This document shows positions 8,971-18,260 of a stretch of DNA of 33,976 nucleotides, one piece after another (position 1 is the first letter of the stretch; every line of letters starts with the position of its first letter). Position numbers and translations under genes: made by a program. The stretch is taken from NCBI GenBank assembly GCA_029262755.1, contig JAJCYU010000149.1:1-33976 (forward strand), read 5' to 3'. Source of the DNA: Anaerolineae bacterium. Its GTDB lineage: Bacteria; Chloroflexota; Anaerolineae; Epilineales; Epilineaceae. The notes beneath the pieces were generated by a model. It made no database searches. It saw nothing but the letters and a program-made list of their open reading frames with translations, and was not told where the DNA came from.

Positions 8971-9579
8971 ATGGGACGCCACACCGGACCTACCAACAAG
9001 CTTTCGCGCCGTGAAGGCGTGGATCTCTTTGGCAACGGCGGTCAGTCGTTGCAGCGCCGCATCGAGCAGATCCCCGGCGATCACGGCGGCAAGATGCGCC
9101 GCGGTCGTCCGTCGGACTACCTGCGACAGCTGCGCGAGAAGCAAAAGGTCAAGCGCGCCTACGGGATGCGTGAGCGCCAGTTCCGCCGCTTCGTTGATCT
9201 TGCGCGTCGCAGCGACGAGATGACGGGTGCCGCACTGTTGAAGTTGCTCGAGCGTCGTTTGGACAGCGTCATGTACCGGGGCGGCTTGTCCCGGACTCGT
9301 GCCATGGGCCGGCAGTTGATCACGCACGGACACGTCCGTGTCGACGGCCGCAAGGTGGATATTCCGAGCTTCATCGTAGAGCCCGGCCAAACGATCAGCG
9401 TCGATGACAAGGCGCAGGCGATGCCCGACGTTCAGTGGGCCTCGCAGTCGCCGGTGACCTCCACGCCCCCGTGGTTGAGCCATGACGGCTTCGAGATCCG
9501 CGTGGTCGACTTCCCCGACCGCAAGGACGTGGACCTACCGATCGAAGAGAACCTGATCGTGGAGTTCTACTCCCGCTAG
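8971..9579 (+). CDS. rpsD: 30S ribosomal protein S4 (cysteine-free type, stand-alone)
   Basis: MGRHTGP.KLSRREG, SDYLRQLREKQK, LERRLDSV.YR.G, RQLITHGHV.VDG.KVDIPSF, LIVEFYSR. GGAGG RBS. Confidence 0.96.
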   Translation: MGRHTGPTNKLSRREGVDLFGNGGQSLQRRIEQIPGDHGGKMRRGRPSDYLRQLREKQKVKRAYGMRERQFRRFVDLARRSDEMTGAALLKLLERRLDSVMYRGGLSRTRAMGRQLITHGHVRVDGRKVDIPSFIVEPGQTISVDDKAQAMPDVQWASQSPVTSTPPWLSHDGFEIRVVDFPDRKDVDLPIEENLIVEFYSR

Positions 9580-9619
9580 GCTGCTCGTCGCAGGTGTTGG
9601 CATCGAGTCGTTCCATTGT

Positions 9620-9656
9620 GCTCCCTCGCCGGAAACGGCGAGGGAGCTTTTTCTTT
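9620..9656 (+). terminator. Rho-independent terminator of rpsD
   Basis: Perfect 12-bp stem GCTCCCTCGCCG / CGGCGAGGGAGC, GAAA loop, followed by TTTTTCTTT. Confidence 0.92.
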
Positions 9657-9906
9657 CGTGCCCTCCTTCGTCCGCCCTCCTTCGTCCGCGTGCCATCGCC
9701 TGCCGGCCATCGCCCGACGGCCTCCGTGCCAACGAAGCAACACACCCCGGCGATCTCGACAGGTTCGATGCTTCCAGGTTCGGCAAGCCGCTCCTGGCTG
9801 TTCCCACGGCGACGCCACCGATCGCGACCGCGATACTTAAGCGAGTACCCGCGCCGAATCCGCGTATCGCCCCGATGCGCATCGGCAACACTTGGAGGAA
9901 AGCCCC

Positions 9907-10614
9907 ATGGAGTTCTTGAATCGGAGTAACGGCAGCTTGTCATCGTGGATCGAGCCGATGTTGGTGCCCTTCGCCGTGGCGATCATGCTCGGCATGGGCG
10001 GCGTCTTGAGCGCATGTTCAAGCGAGACCCGGCAAGAGGCCGCGGAGGCAGGCGACGCGATCGGCGAAGCGGCCGATCAGAGCGGTGCCGTCGCGGCGGA
10101 GGCGGCGGAGGACGTGGCCGTTGGTGCCGCGGTGGCCGTCGAGGCTGCGGATGACGCGGCGGAGGCAGCGGCCGAAGCGGTGGATGAAGCAGCGGAGAAG
10201 GCGGAAGCGGCCGCGGAAGAGGCCGCGGAGGAGGCCGAGGAGGCCGCAGAGGCCGCGGGCCGTGAGATCAAGGAAGCAGCTCGCTCCGTAGAGGAAGCCG
10301 CGGAGCGCGCGGTGGACAACTTGCAGGCGTTCCTCGGCGACGTGGTCGCAGAGATGCGTGGAATCGCGCGCCGCGTGGAGGATGTGGCCGAGTACACGGC
10401 CGAAGAGGCCGCCGAGGAGCTTGCTGAGATCCGCGCCGAGGTCGATGCCGCGTACGAAGAGGTCGAGGACGAGGCAGAGGAGGAGTGGGCCGAGATCAAG
10501 GTCGAGATGGAGGCCGTCGAGGACGAGTTGCGGGTTGATAGCGCATCGGGTCTCGAGCGGCTGCAGATCTTGATCGAGCGCATGCAGCAGGATCTTCTCA
10601 CCGACGAGGACTGA
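9907..10614 (+). CDS. Highly acidic Ala/Glu-rich predicted lipoprotein (helical, LEA/apolipoprotein-like composition)
   Basis: GGAGG RBS before ATG 9907. Hydrophobic stretch ending in lipobox LSAC. The mature part is dominated by EAA/AEE repeats. Confidence 0.75.
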   Translation: MEFLNRSNGSLSSWIEPMLVPFAVAIMLGMGGVLSACSSETRQEAAEAGDAIGEAADQSGAVAAEAAEDVAVGAAVAVEAADDAAEAAAEAVDEAAEKAEAAAEEAAEEAEEAAEAAGREIKEAARSVEEAAERAVDNLQAFLGDVVAEMRGIARRVEDVAEYTAEEAAEELAEIRAEVDAAYEEVEDEAEEEWAEIKVEMEAVEDELRVDSASGLERLQILIERMQQDLLTDED

Positions 10615-11066
10615 CATGCGATCGGCGCTCCCGGCCGTGGGCAATCGGAATTGGAAGGACGAGAGAGCCGATTGCTCACGCGCGTAGCAACGATGAACGC
10701 GCCGTCTTAGGGCGCTGGTAGTGCCGGATGGGCGGGGGCCGCATCGAGGAATCGGTGCGGCCCCTTCCCATTTTGGGCGCGCAAGAGCGGAGATTTCGGC
10801 GCGAACTGATGGGGGTCCTCGGCCGTAGCCCTGGCAGTTGCAGCGACGAGCCCGGGGGCCCCATGCCGCTTCAGTACCTATTGGTCAACGTGCATTGATG
10901 CGCCACGCACCTGTCGCGATCGCCAGGAACACGCTGGCCCACCTGGAAAGCGGAAGCTGGAGCAAACACCGTGTGTGTGGTCTCGTGTATTGGGTACCAT
11001 GAGGTAGATCAAGACTTCGGGTTGCCGATTGCGGCAGCCCGCACTGGGAGACGAGGAGGCTTGGAC

Positions 11067-11318
11067 ATGAACTTGTTGATTTGGTTGATCGTCGGTGCCG
11101 TGGCTGGTTGGGCGGCGGGTGAGATAGTCCGGGGCTTCGGCTTCGGTCTGCTAGGCAACATCGTGGTTGGGATCATCGGCGCCATGATGGGCGGAGCGGC
11201 GTTTGACGCTCTGGGGATTGCGATCGGCGCCTCGTGGGTCGGCGCGCTGATCACGGCCACGGTGGGCGCGGTGCTCCTGCTTGTGATCGTCGGCTTCGTA
11301 CGAAAGCTCGCAGCGTAA
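11067..11318 (+). CDS. GlsB/YeaQ/YmgE family (transglycosylase-associated) stress membrane protein
   Basis: MNLLIWLIVGAVAGWAAGEIVRG.G.GLLGNIVVGIIGA...LITATVGAVLLL. AGGAGG RBS. Confidence 0.9.
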   Translation: MNLLIWLIVGAVAGWAAGEIVRGFGFGLLGNIVVGIIGAMMGGAAFDALGIAIGASWVGALITATVGAVLLLVIVGFVRKLAA

Positions 11319-11573
11319 CGCGAACCGTTTCTTGCGGACGCTTCGCGCTGCGGATACGCTCGAAAGCGCAGGCAAGAATTAGTGCCGAGGAGCGGGCCCA
11401 AGCGGCCCGCTCCTCTTCTCGTTCTGTTTGATGGAGTTCGTTCCGTGGAAAGCAACTTGTGGTCCGGCTGGCCGCGGCCCGCGAATTCGCTAGACTCTGG
11501 GCTCGCGTACGCTGCCGGCGATCAGCACAAGAGAGCCGCGCGGCAACCCCCGCCGCGGAGAATCCCCGCCTCC

Positions 11574-13913
11574 ATGCGAGAGCCGAGCCCCGAGTCGTGG
11601 CGTCGTGCCAAACAACGTCGGCTGCCGGCATACATCGGCCTCGGCGTCGTGCTCGTGATCGCGCAGCAGATCATTGTCCGTTCGGACTGGTCGAGCGCAG
11701 GCGGGCTTCACACCCATCTTGAGTCGATCGCAACCACATTGGCGTTTGTGGTCGGCGTGCTGGCCCTCGTGCGCTTCTACAGTCGCCGCGTCGAGCGATT
11801 CCTGTACATTGGCGTCGCGTTCCTCGCCACGGGAACGCTTGACCTCTTTCATTTTATCTCTGCCACGCCTGCCGCTCCGATTCTAGGAACCAGCGATCCT
11901 AACTTGCCGCCCTGGACATGGTTGGCCGGTCGGCTAGTGCTCGGCCTGTTGCTGTGGGCGAGCGTGCTGGACCCCACCACCCATGACGAGGACACCCCGA
12001 CGCCTGTCGCACGTGAATGGCGTCTCTACGGCGGTATCGTATTCGTAACGCTCCTTTTCATTGTCGGTTTTCGGACCGTGACGGTGCCCTCCCCCCATAG
12101 CACGGGATTCCTCGGCCGTCCCATGGACTTGCTGCCCGCGATTCCATTCGCGGCCGCTCTCGCCGGATATCTGAAGCGCGGTCGCTGGCGAACCGAACCC
12201 TTCGATCATTGGATGGTATTGGCGCTGATCACGAGTATCGCCGTGCAGGTGCCGTTCATGGTCGGATCGCGGGCGCTCTATGACGCGAGCTTCGATGCGG
12301 CGCATGTGCTCAAGATCGCCAGCTATGCGCTCGTGGTGGTCGGCACCGCATCCAGTTTGCGCCGCCTCTACGTCCGAACGGACCTCGTGAGCGCCGCGTT
12401 GCACGAGGCGCAATCGGTCGCGGCAATTGGAAGCTGGAGTTGGGATATCAGTTCCGACGAGATTCTCTGGTCGGATGAACTGTACCGGATCTATGGGCAC
12501 GCTCCGCAAGCCTTCCGGATCGACTTCGACCGCTATGTATCGCTCATCGATCCCGCGGATCGCGACCGCGTCATCGGCGTGGTCCAGACAGCGATCGAGA
12601 CGGGCGAGGATTTCTCGTTTGATCATCGGGTGGCACGGCCGGAAGGCGAACGCACCATCGTACATGGTCGGGGTCGGATTCTCCGGGACGAAACGTCCAA
12701 CACGATTCGGCTTGCCGGAACGGCGCAGGACGTCACGGCCCGCAGACACAACGAAGAGGCGCTGCGCGCTAGCGAACAGCAGTTTCGTTCGGTCGCGGAG
12801 ACCGCTGCCGAGGCGATTATCACCATTGATACCGATGGCGACGTCTTGTTCTGGAATAGCGGTGCAACCCAGATGTTTGGGCATTCGGCCGATGCAATGC
12901 TCGGCTGTCCGGTCGTTCGCATTCTTCCGGACACGCTGCGCGGCGAACACGAAGCGGGTATGGAACGGATGCGCCGTACAGGAGCTGCCCCGCTGCTCGG
13001 CCAGACCGTGTCTGTGTTCGGCAAGAAAGCCGATGGCAGCGAGTTTCCAATCGAGTTGTCGTTGGCACGTTGGCAGGCAACCGAAGGCCTGCGGTTTACG
13101 GCCATCATCCGGGATGTGACGGAACGCGAGGAGGCCCGCTCTCGCCTGCGCGCCTACGCTACGCGGCTGGAGGCAAGCAACCGCGAGCTGGAGCAATTCG
13201 CGTATGTAGCGTCGCACGATCTGCAGGAACCGCTCCGCAAGATCAGCGCTTTCTCCGATCGACTCGCGATGGGCTACGAGAATGTCTTGGACGCTCGTGG
13301 GATCGACTACCTCGCACGGATGCAAAACGCGGCCCTGCGGATGCAGCGCCTCGTCGAGGACCTGCTCTCGCTATCGCGCATCGCAACCCGCGGCGAGCCG
13401 TTCGAGAATGTTGATCTCGACTCGATCGTTCGCGCGGTGCTCTCCGACTTGGAAGAGTTGGTGCGGGAGAAGCAGGCGACCGTCACGATCGGCCCTCTCC
13501 CTACTGCGCATGGCGATCCAGCCCAGCTGCGCCAGTTGGTTCAAAATCTGTTGACCAACGCCCTTAAGTTCCATCCGAAGGAGCAGGTGCCTAAAGTGGA
13601 GATTTGGGCGGAGCGTTCGACACGCACGGTAGAGGACGAGCCAGACGTAAGCGGGCTGGTACTCAGCGTGCGGGACAACGGCATCGGATTCGATATAGAA
13701 CAATTGGAGAAGATTCTAACGCCATTTCAACGCCTCCACGGCCGAAGCGAGTACGAAGGCACCGGCATGGGTCTCGCCATCTGCCGCCGCATCGTCGAGC
13801 GCCATGGCGGGCAACTTGATGCGGAAAGCAGCCCAGGCAAGGGAGCGACATTTCGAGCCTGGTTGCCTGACGATCGCCAAGAACTAGATGCAGAATCCAA
13901 GGGAGCTTCGTGA
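11574..13913 (+). CDS. Membrane sensor histidine kinase: MASE3-like TM domain, PAS/PAC, FixL-like PAS, HisKA, HATPase
   Basis: Multi-TM N-terminus (HTHLES..., DLFH, WTWLAGRL). PAS motifs GSWSWD..WSDELYRIYG and FWNSGATQMFG...KDGSEFPIELS-like. H-box FAYVASHDLQEPLRKI, N-box QNLLTNALKF, DNGIG, GTGMGL. Start uncertain (ORF is open from 11382). Confidence 0.92.
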   Translation: MREPSPESWRRAKQRRLPAYIGLGVVLVIAQQIIVRSDWSSAGGLHTHLESIATTLAFVVGVLALVRFYSRRVERFLYIGVAFLATGTLDLFHFISATPAAPILGTSDPNLPPWTWLAGRLVLGLLLWASVLDPTTHDEDTPTPVAREWRLYGGIVFVTLLFIVGFRTVTVPSPHSTGFLGRPMDLLPAIPFAAALAGYLKRGRWRTEPFDHWMVLALITSIAVQVPFMVGSRALYDASFDAAHVLKIASYALVVVGTASSLRRLYVRTDLVSAALHEAQSVAAIGSWSWDISSDEILWSDELYRIYGHAPQAFRIDFDRYVSLIDPADRDRVIGVVQTAIETGEDFSFDHRVARPEGERTIVHGRGRILRDETSNTIRLAGTAQDVTARRHNEEALRASEQQFRSVAETAAEAIITIDTDGDVLFWNSGATQMFGHSADAMLGCPVVRILPDTLRGEHEAGMERMRRTGAAPLLGQTVSVFGKKADGSEFPIELSLARWQATEGLRFTAIIRDVTEREEARSRLRAYATRLEASNRELEQFAYVASHDLQEPLRKISAFSDRLAMGYENVLDARGIDYLARMQNAALRMQRLVEDLLSLSRIATRGEPFENVDLDSIVRAVLSDLEELVREKQATVTIGPLPTAHGDPAQLRQLVQNLLTNALKFHPKEQVPKVEIWAERSTRTVEDEPDVSGLVLSVRDNGIGFDIEQLEKILTPFQRLHGRSEYEGTGMGLAICRRIVERHGGQLDAESSPGKGATFRAWLPDDRQELDAESKGAS

Positions 13914-14374
13914 CGAACATTTCAGCAGGCCCCGCCCATGGTTCCCTCTTGGTCGCGGAGGATGACCCGGACGACCGCTTGTTGCTGAGCGAAGCCATTG
14001 CGCTCAGCCATCCGAAGCGCGCGGTCGAGTATGTAGAGGACGGCGTCGAGCTCCTCGATTTCTTGCGTCGGCGCAATGCGTATGTCGAGCGCATTGATTC
14101 GCCGCCCGCGCTGGTGCTGCTCGACCTAAATATGCCTCGCATGGATGGTCGTGAAGCACTCCATGAGATCAAGGCCGATCCGGTGCTACGGCGCATTCCG
14201 ATCGTGGTGCTCACGACCTCCGGTGCAAGGGACGACATTCTTAGCAGCTACGACCTGGGCGTAAACTCGTTCGTGGTCAAGCCTGTGACGTTTACATCCC
14301 TCGTCGAACTGGTTGCATCCCTGGCGCATTATTGGTTCGACGTGGTGGAGTTGCCTTCCGGAACGACAATGTGA
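13910..14374 (+). CDS. Single-domain response regulator (Rcp1-like receiver)
   Basis: EDDPDD, LLDLNMPRMDG, IPIVVLTTS, SYDLGVNSFVVKP, YWF. GTGA overlap with the kinase stop. Confidence 0.92.
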   Translation: MTNISAGPAHGSLLVAEDDPDDRLLLSEAIALSHPKRAVEYVEDGVELLDFLRRRNAYVERIDSPPALVLLDLNMPRMDGREALHEIKADPVLRRIPIVVLTTSGARDDILSSYDLGVNSFVVKPVTFTSLVELVASLAHYWFDVVELPSGTTM

Positions 14375-15516
14375 ACGAGCTTGAGCGCAGTGGGCCACGG
14401 ATATTGCTCGTCGAGGACGACGAGGATGATGCGATCCTCATGACGCATCTGCTCGAAGAGTTGTGGCCCGAAGCGCCGTCGCCGGAGTGGTGCGGCAACC
14501 TCGACGATGCTTTGGGCATGATGACCTCGAATTTGTTCGATGTTTATCTCATGGACTACCGACTCGGAGCCCAGAACGGTCTCGAGCTCCTCAGCGCCGC
14601 CCGGCGCGCAGGGTGCCGCGGACCGGTGATCCTCTTGACCGGCCAGGGAGACCGGGAGACCGATCTGGAGGCGGCCAAGGCCGGCGCCGCCGACTTTCTG
14701 CCGAAGACCGAATTGTCCCCGCACCTGCTCGAACGCTCCATTCGCTACGCCATCGCAAACGACCTGGTTCGTCGGGAGCTCTCCGAGACGCAGCGTCGCT
14801 TATCCGAGAGCCGCGAGGACGAGCGCACCGCGTTGGCGCGCGACCTGCACGATGGACCGCTGCAGGAGCTGATCGGTGTCCGATTCTTGTTGACGTCGAT
14901 GAAGACGGGCACCACGGATCCGCACGTAGCCGAACGTGCTACGACGGTGCTCGACAGCCTCGACCAGGTGACGTCGACCCTGCGCGCCCTGTGCGGCGAG
15001 CTGCGCCCCCCGGCGCTTACGCCGTTCGGGCTGGCACGTGCGTTGCGCAGTCACGCAGAGCGCATCGCCCAGGAACATCACGATCTGGAAGTGCGCCTGA
15101 CCTTGGATGAAGATGACCAGGCGATACCGGACGCCACCCGGCTCGCGTTGTTCCGCGTATATCAACATGCCGTTTCCAACGTCCTGCGGCATGCGGATGC
15201 CTCGCAGATGACGGTGCGACTGCACGTAACCAGACGGCTTGCACGCCTCGAGATCGAGGACGATGGACGCGGCTTCGTGGTGCCGGAACGATGGCTCGAC
15301 TTCGGCAGGCTCGGCCATTTTGGCTTTCTGGGGGCGTCCGAACGAGCCGAAGCCCTGGGGGGGCGGCTTTTCGTTCGTTCGCAGATCGGGGAAGGTACGC
15401 TCGTTCGCGTCGACGCACCCATAGAGCCATACGCCGGACCGTACACCGAGCGCGGCGGGACCACACGCCAGGCCAACATGAATGCGACGATCTCAACGAA
15501 GGGAGACAGAGCATGA
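14371..15516 (+). CDS. Hybrid protein: N-terminal receiver plus NarX/DegS-type (HisKA_3) histidine kinase
   Basis: VEDDEDD, LMDYRL, LTG, LPK receiver motifs. ERTALARDLHDGPLQ, ELRPPAL..FGL, NVLRHA, EDDGRGF, GHFG. GTG start overlaps the previous stop. Confidence 0.9.
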   Translation: MNELERSGPRILLVEDDEDDAILMTHLLEELWPEAPSPEWCGNLDDALGMMTSNLFDVYLMDYRLGAQNGLELLSAARRAGCRGPVILLTGQGDRETDLEAAKAGAADFLPKTELSPHLLERSIRYAIANDLVRRELSETQRRLSESREDERTALARDLHDGPLQELIGVRFLLTSMKTGTTDPHVAERATTVLDSLDQVTSTLRALCGELRPPALTPFGLARALRSHAERIAQEHHDLEVRLTLDEDDQAIPDATRLALFRVYQHAVSNVLRHADASQMTVRLHVTRRLARLEIEDDGRGFVVPERWLDFGRLGHFGFLGASERAEALGGRLFVRSQIGEGTLVRVDAPIEPYAGPYTERGGTTRQANMNATISTKGDRA

Positions 15517-16160
15517 GCGAACAACCAGCCGCGCGTATTCGTGTCGTGCTCGTAGACGACCATCCCATCGTGCGAGCGGGCATTCGAGGGCTATTGGAGG
15601 CAGCACCGGAGATCGAGATCGTCGGCGAAGGAAAGAACGGGGCGGAGGCCATCGCGCTCGTCGCATCGTTGGAGCCCGATGTGCTCCTGCTCGACATGGA
15701 GATGCCCGATATGACGGGCTCCGACGTGGCAGATCGGTTGAAGGAACAAGGGGGACCGACGCGCATCCTCGCCTTGTCGGCGTATGACGATCACGAGTAC
15801 ATCCATGCCCTACTTGCGCGGGGCGCTGCCGGCTACCTTACAAAGGAAGAAGCGCCCGAACGCATCGTGGAGGCTGTGCGCGGCGTCGCGCAGGGCGAAG
15901 ACGGTTGGATCAGCAGGCGCGCCGCATCGAGCATGGCACGTTGGGCGCGCGACGAACCCTCCGAGATGGATGCGTTGACGGAACGCGAAGAAGAGGTGCT
16001 CACGCACCTGGTCAAAGGCTGGACCAACCTCAAGATGGCGCGCGAGTTGGGCGTGAGCGAGCGCACCGTGCGCTTTCATCTGAGCAATATTTATGACAAG
16101 TTGGGTGTGGCCAGCCGCGCGGAAACGATCGCGTGGGCGATCCGACAAGGTCGCGGCTAA
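15513..16160 (+). CDS. NarL/FixJ-family response regulator (REC + LuxR HTH)
   Basis: VDDHPIVRAG, LLDMEMP, LSAY, GYLTK, LTEREEEVL...G.TN..MARELGVSERTVRFHLSNIYDKLGV. ATGA overlap with the previous gene. Confidence 0.94.
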   Translation: MSEQPAARIRVVLVDDHPIVRAGIRGLLEAAPEIEIVGEGKNGAEAIALVASLEPDVLLLDMEMPDMTGSDVADRLKEQGGPTRILALSAYDDHEYIHALLARGAAGYLTKEEAPERIVEAVRGVAQGEDGWISRRAASSMARWARDEPSEMDALTEREEEVLTHLVKGWTNLKMARELGVSERTVRFHLSNIYDKLGVASRAETIAWAIRQGRG

Positions 16161-16583
16161 TCGCCTTGGTATCCGCCGCTTGCTACGGGCTCGTCAAGCA
16201 ATACGAGGCAGCTACCGAGGGCGCCGCTTGATTGTTCCAGTGCTTCCCTCCTCGGTGACAAGGGAATGGCAGCGCCATTGTTGAGGAGCAGAGGAGCGCT
16301 GGGGCAGTCTAGCGCTGGCCGCATAGCGCCTCGTATTGTTTGACGAGCCATATGGTGCGGGTGTCCCGCGTTCCACATCTGTTGCACACGCCCCCTGGCT
16401 ATCTCGCCAGGGGGTTTTGCCTTGGGAGCCAGGGCCAAGACTGTCAGCCCGACCGTGGTGTAGGCGGTGCGAAGCACATACCCTTTAAGCACGGTGGAAC
16501 TGCACGACGAGGGAGTCTTCCTCGCCGCAGCCGGAACCGCCCCTTTTGACTCTTGTTGTTTACATTGCTCAAAGGAGAACACC

Positions 16584-17111
16584 ATGCGCGAGACCGTTGT
16601 CGGACTGTTCCATACATCCGCAGAAGCGGACCACGCCGTCGGCGCGCTTACCGCCGACGGGTTTGATCCCGCCGCCGTTTCCGTGGTCACCGCGGCGGAT
16701 ACGGAGGGCAGCACATTTGAGACGAGTGCTGAGCGTCAATCGGAAGAGGCTCTCGTGCGCGAGTCCATGGCTGTGGGTGCGGTTGAGGGTGCAGCACTTG
16801 GCGGCGTCGCGGGTTTGCTCGCCGGCGCGGTTGCCCTAGCCGTTCCCGGCTTCGGTCCGCTGTTCATCGCGGGTCCGATCGCATCCCTGCTCACATCGAC
16901 CGCGGCCGGCGTGACGGCCGGTGCCGCGTCCGGCGGGTTGGGTGGTCCTTTCCTCAACGAGAGCCTAGATCCGGATGAGGCCAGCTTGTATTCGGAAGGG
17001 CTGCGCCGCGGCGGCTACATCGTGGCCGTGCACACCGATCGCGAGAACGAAGCGCAGCGAATCCTTGCCGATTCCGGCGCGATCGCGACGCGCGAGGAAC
17101 TCCTGCGCTAG
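16584..17111 (+). CDS. General stress protein-like membrane protein (glycine-zipper, YflT/17M-like)
   Basis: AAGGAG RBS. TVVGLF...AD.AV.AL...GF, GAALGGVAGLLAG..ALAVPGFGPL.IAGP, EA..Y.EGLRRGG..VAV. Confidence 0.8.
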   Translation: MRETVVGLFHTSAEADHAVGALTADGFDPAAVSVVTAADTEGSTFETSAERQSEEALVRESMAVGAVEGAALGGVAGLLAGAVALAVPGFGPLFIAGPIASLLTSTAAGVTAGAASGGLGGPFLNESLDPDEASLYSEGLRRGGYIVAVHTDRENEAQRILADSGAIATREELLR

Positions 17112-17187
17112 GCGGAGCGACGTCGCTGGTTCGCGGGAACTCTGCACCCAAACGCAACTCAGAGCATCACCAAACCAGGAGCCCAAC

Positions 17188-17691
17188 ATGAAGCTTGAGA
17201 ATCTGCAAAAGCTGTTCGTGCACGAGTTGAAAGATCTATACAGTGCCGAAAATCAGCTGACCGAAGCCCTGCCCACGATGATCAACGCCGCCACGGATAA
17301 GGACCTGCGGAGCGCGTTCACGGATCATTTGGCAGAGACGAAGGAGCACGTGGCCCGACTTGAAACCATCTTCAAGAGCTTGGACTACGCGCCGGGCGGC
17401 CATCGCTGCAAGGGCATGGCCGGCCTGATCGAGGAGACAAAGTCGGCGCTGACGGACGTACCGGAGGCCGACGACGAAGTTCGCGATGCGCTGCTGATCG
17501 CCGGCGCGCAGCGCGTCGAGCACTACGAGATGGCGGGCTACGGAATCGCTCGCGCCTATGCCGAGCAGCTCGGCAACCGCAAGGCAGCGGACTTGCTGAC
17601 CCGTTCCATCGAAGAGGAGGGCCGTGCGGATCGTACGCTCAGCCACCTCGCAGAGCGGCGGATCAACTTCGAAGCGATGAGCATGAGCTAG
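17188..17691 (+). CDS. Ferritin-like stress protein, YciE/YciF (DUF892) family
   Basis: LFVHELKDLYSAENQL..ALP.M, HL.ET..HV.RLE, CKGMAGLIEE, AQRVEHYEMAGYG, EE..AD..L. AGGAG RBS. Confidence 0.92.
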   Translation: MKLENLQKLFVHELKDLYSAENQLTEALPTMINAATDKDLRSAFTDHLAETKEHVARLETIFKSLDYAPGGHRCKGMAGLIEETKSALTDVPEADDEVRDALLIAGAQRVEHYEMAGYGIARAYAEQLGNRKAADLLTRSIEEEGRADRTLSHLAERRINFEAMSMS

Positions 17692-17745
17692 CGCTGCCGC
17701 TACAGGCCGTGCGACGCGACGGTCCGCGCAGGGCACGGTAGGTAG

Positions 17746-17779
17746 AACGAGGGCGGGGTCACGCGACCCCGCCCTCGTT
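17746..17779. terminator. Perfect 15-bp hairpin downstream of the YciF-like gene (probable terminator or stabiliser, no U-tract)
   Basis: AACGAGGGCGGGGTC-ACGC-GACCCCGCCCTCGTT, starting 55 nt after the stop codon. Confidence 0.55.
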
Positions 17780-17828
17780 GCCGTTCCCGCGCAAGGTCTT
17801 GGATCGCAAGCCTCACTGCGCCCCGTGA

Positions 17829-17853
17829 GCCTCCCTGCGCCTCCCTGCGCCTC
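17829..17853. repeat. Tandem 10-nt repeat (2.5 copies)
   Basis: GCCTCCCTGC GCCTCCCTGC GCCTC. Confidence 0.7.
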
Positions 17854-18133
17854 ATGATGATTGGGCGATCGGTCGTCGCATTCGAGTACAGAGGAGGTGG
17901 AGTCGGGATCGGCTTCGGCGTCCGACCTGGAGGGTGCGACAGGGGATATCGTACCGCGCCATCCAGGCTGAGACTGGTTGTTGGTCCGTGTTGCCGCGGG
18001 GATGTCCGACGTATCCTTGGAGCATGGCATGAGGAGGGTACGCCGCGCTGCATTGCTTCCGGAAACGCACTGCAGCGGGCCCTGCCCTCGATAGGCCTTC
18101 GAAGCATCGGCAATCCTCGTACGAGAATCAGCC

Positions 18134-18169
18134 GAAGTAGTAGTAGCGGTAGAAGTGGCAGTAGCGGTA
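18134..18169. repeat. Tandem 18-nt imperfect repeat (2 copies)
   Basis: GAAGTAGTAGTAGCGGTA / GAAGTGGCAGTAGCGGTA (2 mismatches). Confidence 0.6.
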
Positions 18170-18260
18170 ATGGGCAGGTCGAGACTTGACCCTTGGTCGA
18201 CGTTGGTTCGCAGTTTGGCTTGCGTAGGTCTGGATTCAGGTTGGCACGAAGGGAAATCAC

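Noticed and set aside
9662..9690. Short direct repeat CCTCCTTCGTCCG x2 after the rpsD terminator
   Set aside because: Only two short pyrimidine-rich copies with no supporting context.
11934..13325. 463-aa minus-strand ORF (and similar shadows at 1920-3014, 7396-8436, 19364-20365)
   Set aside because: Antisense to clearly recognisable genes, with no independent motifs.
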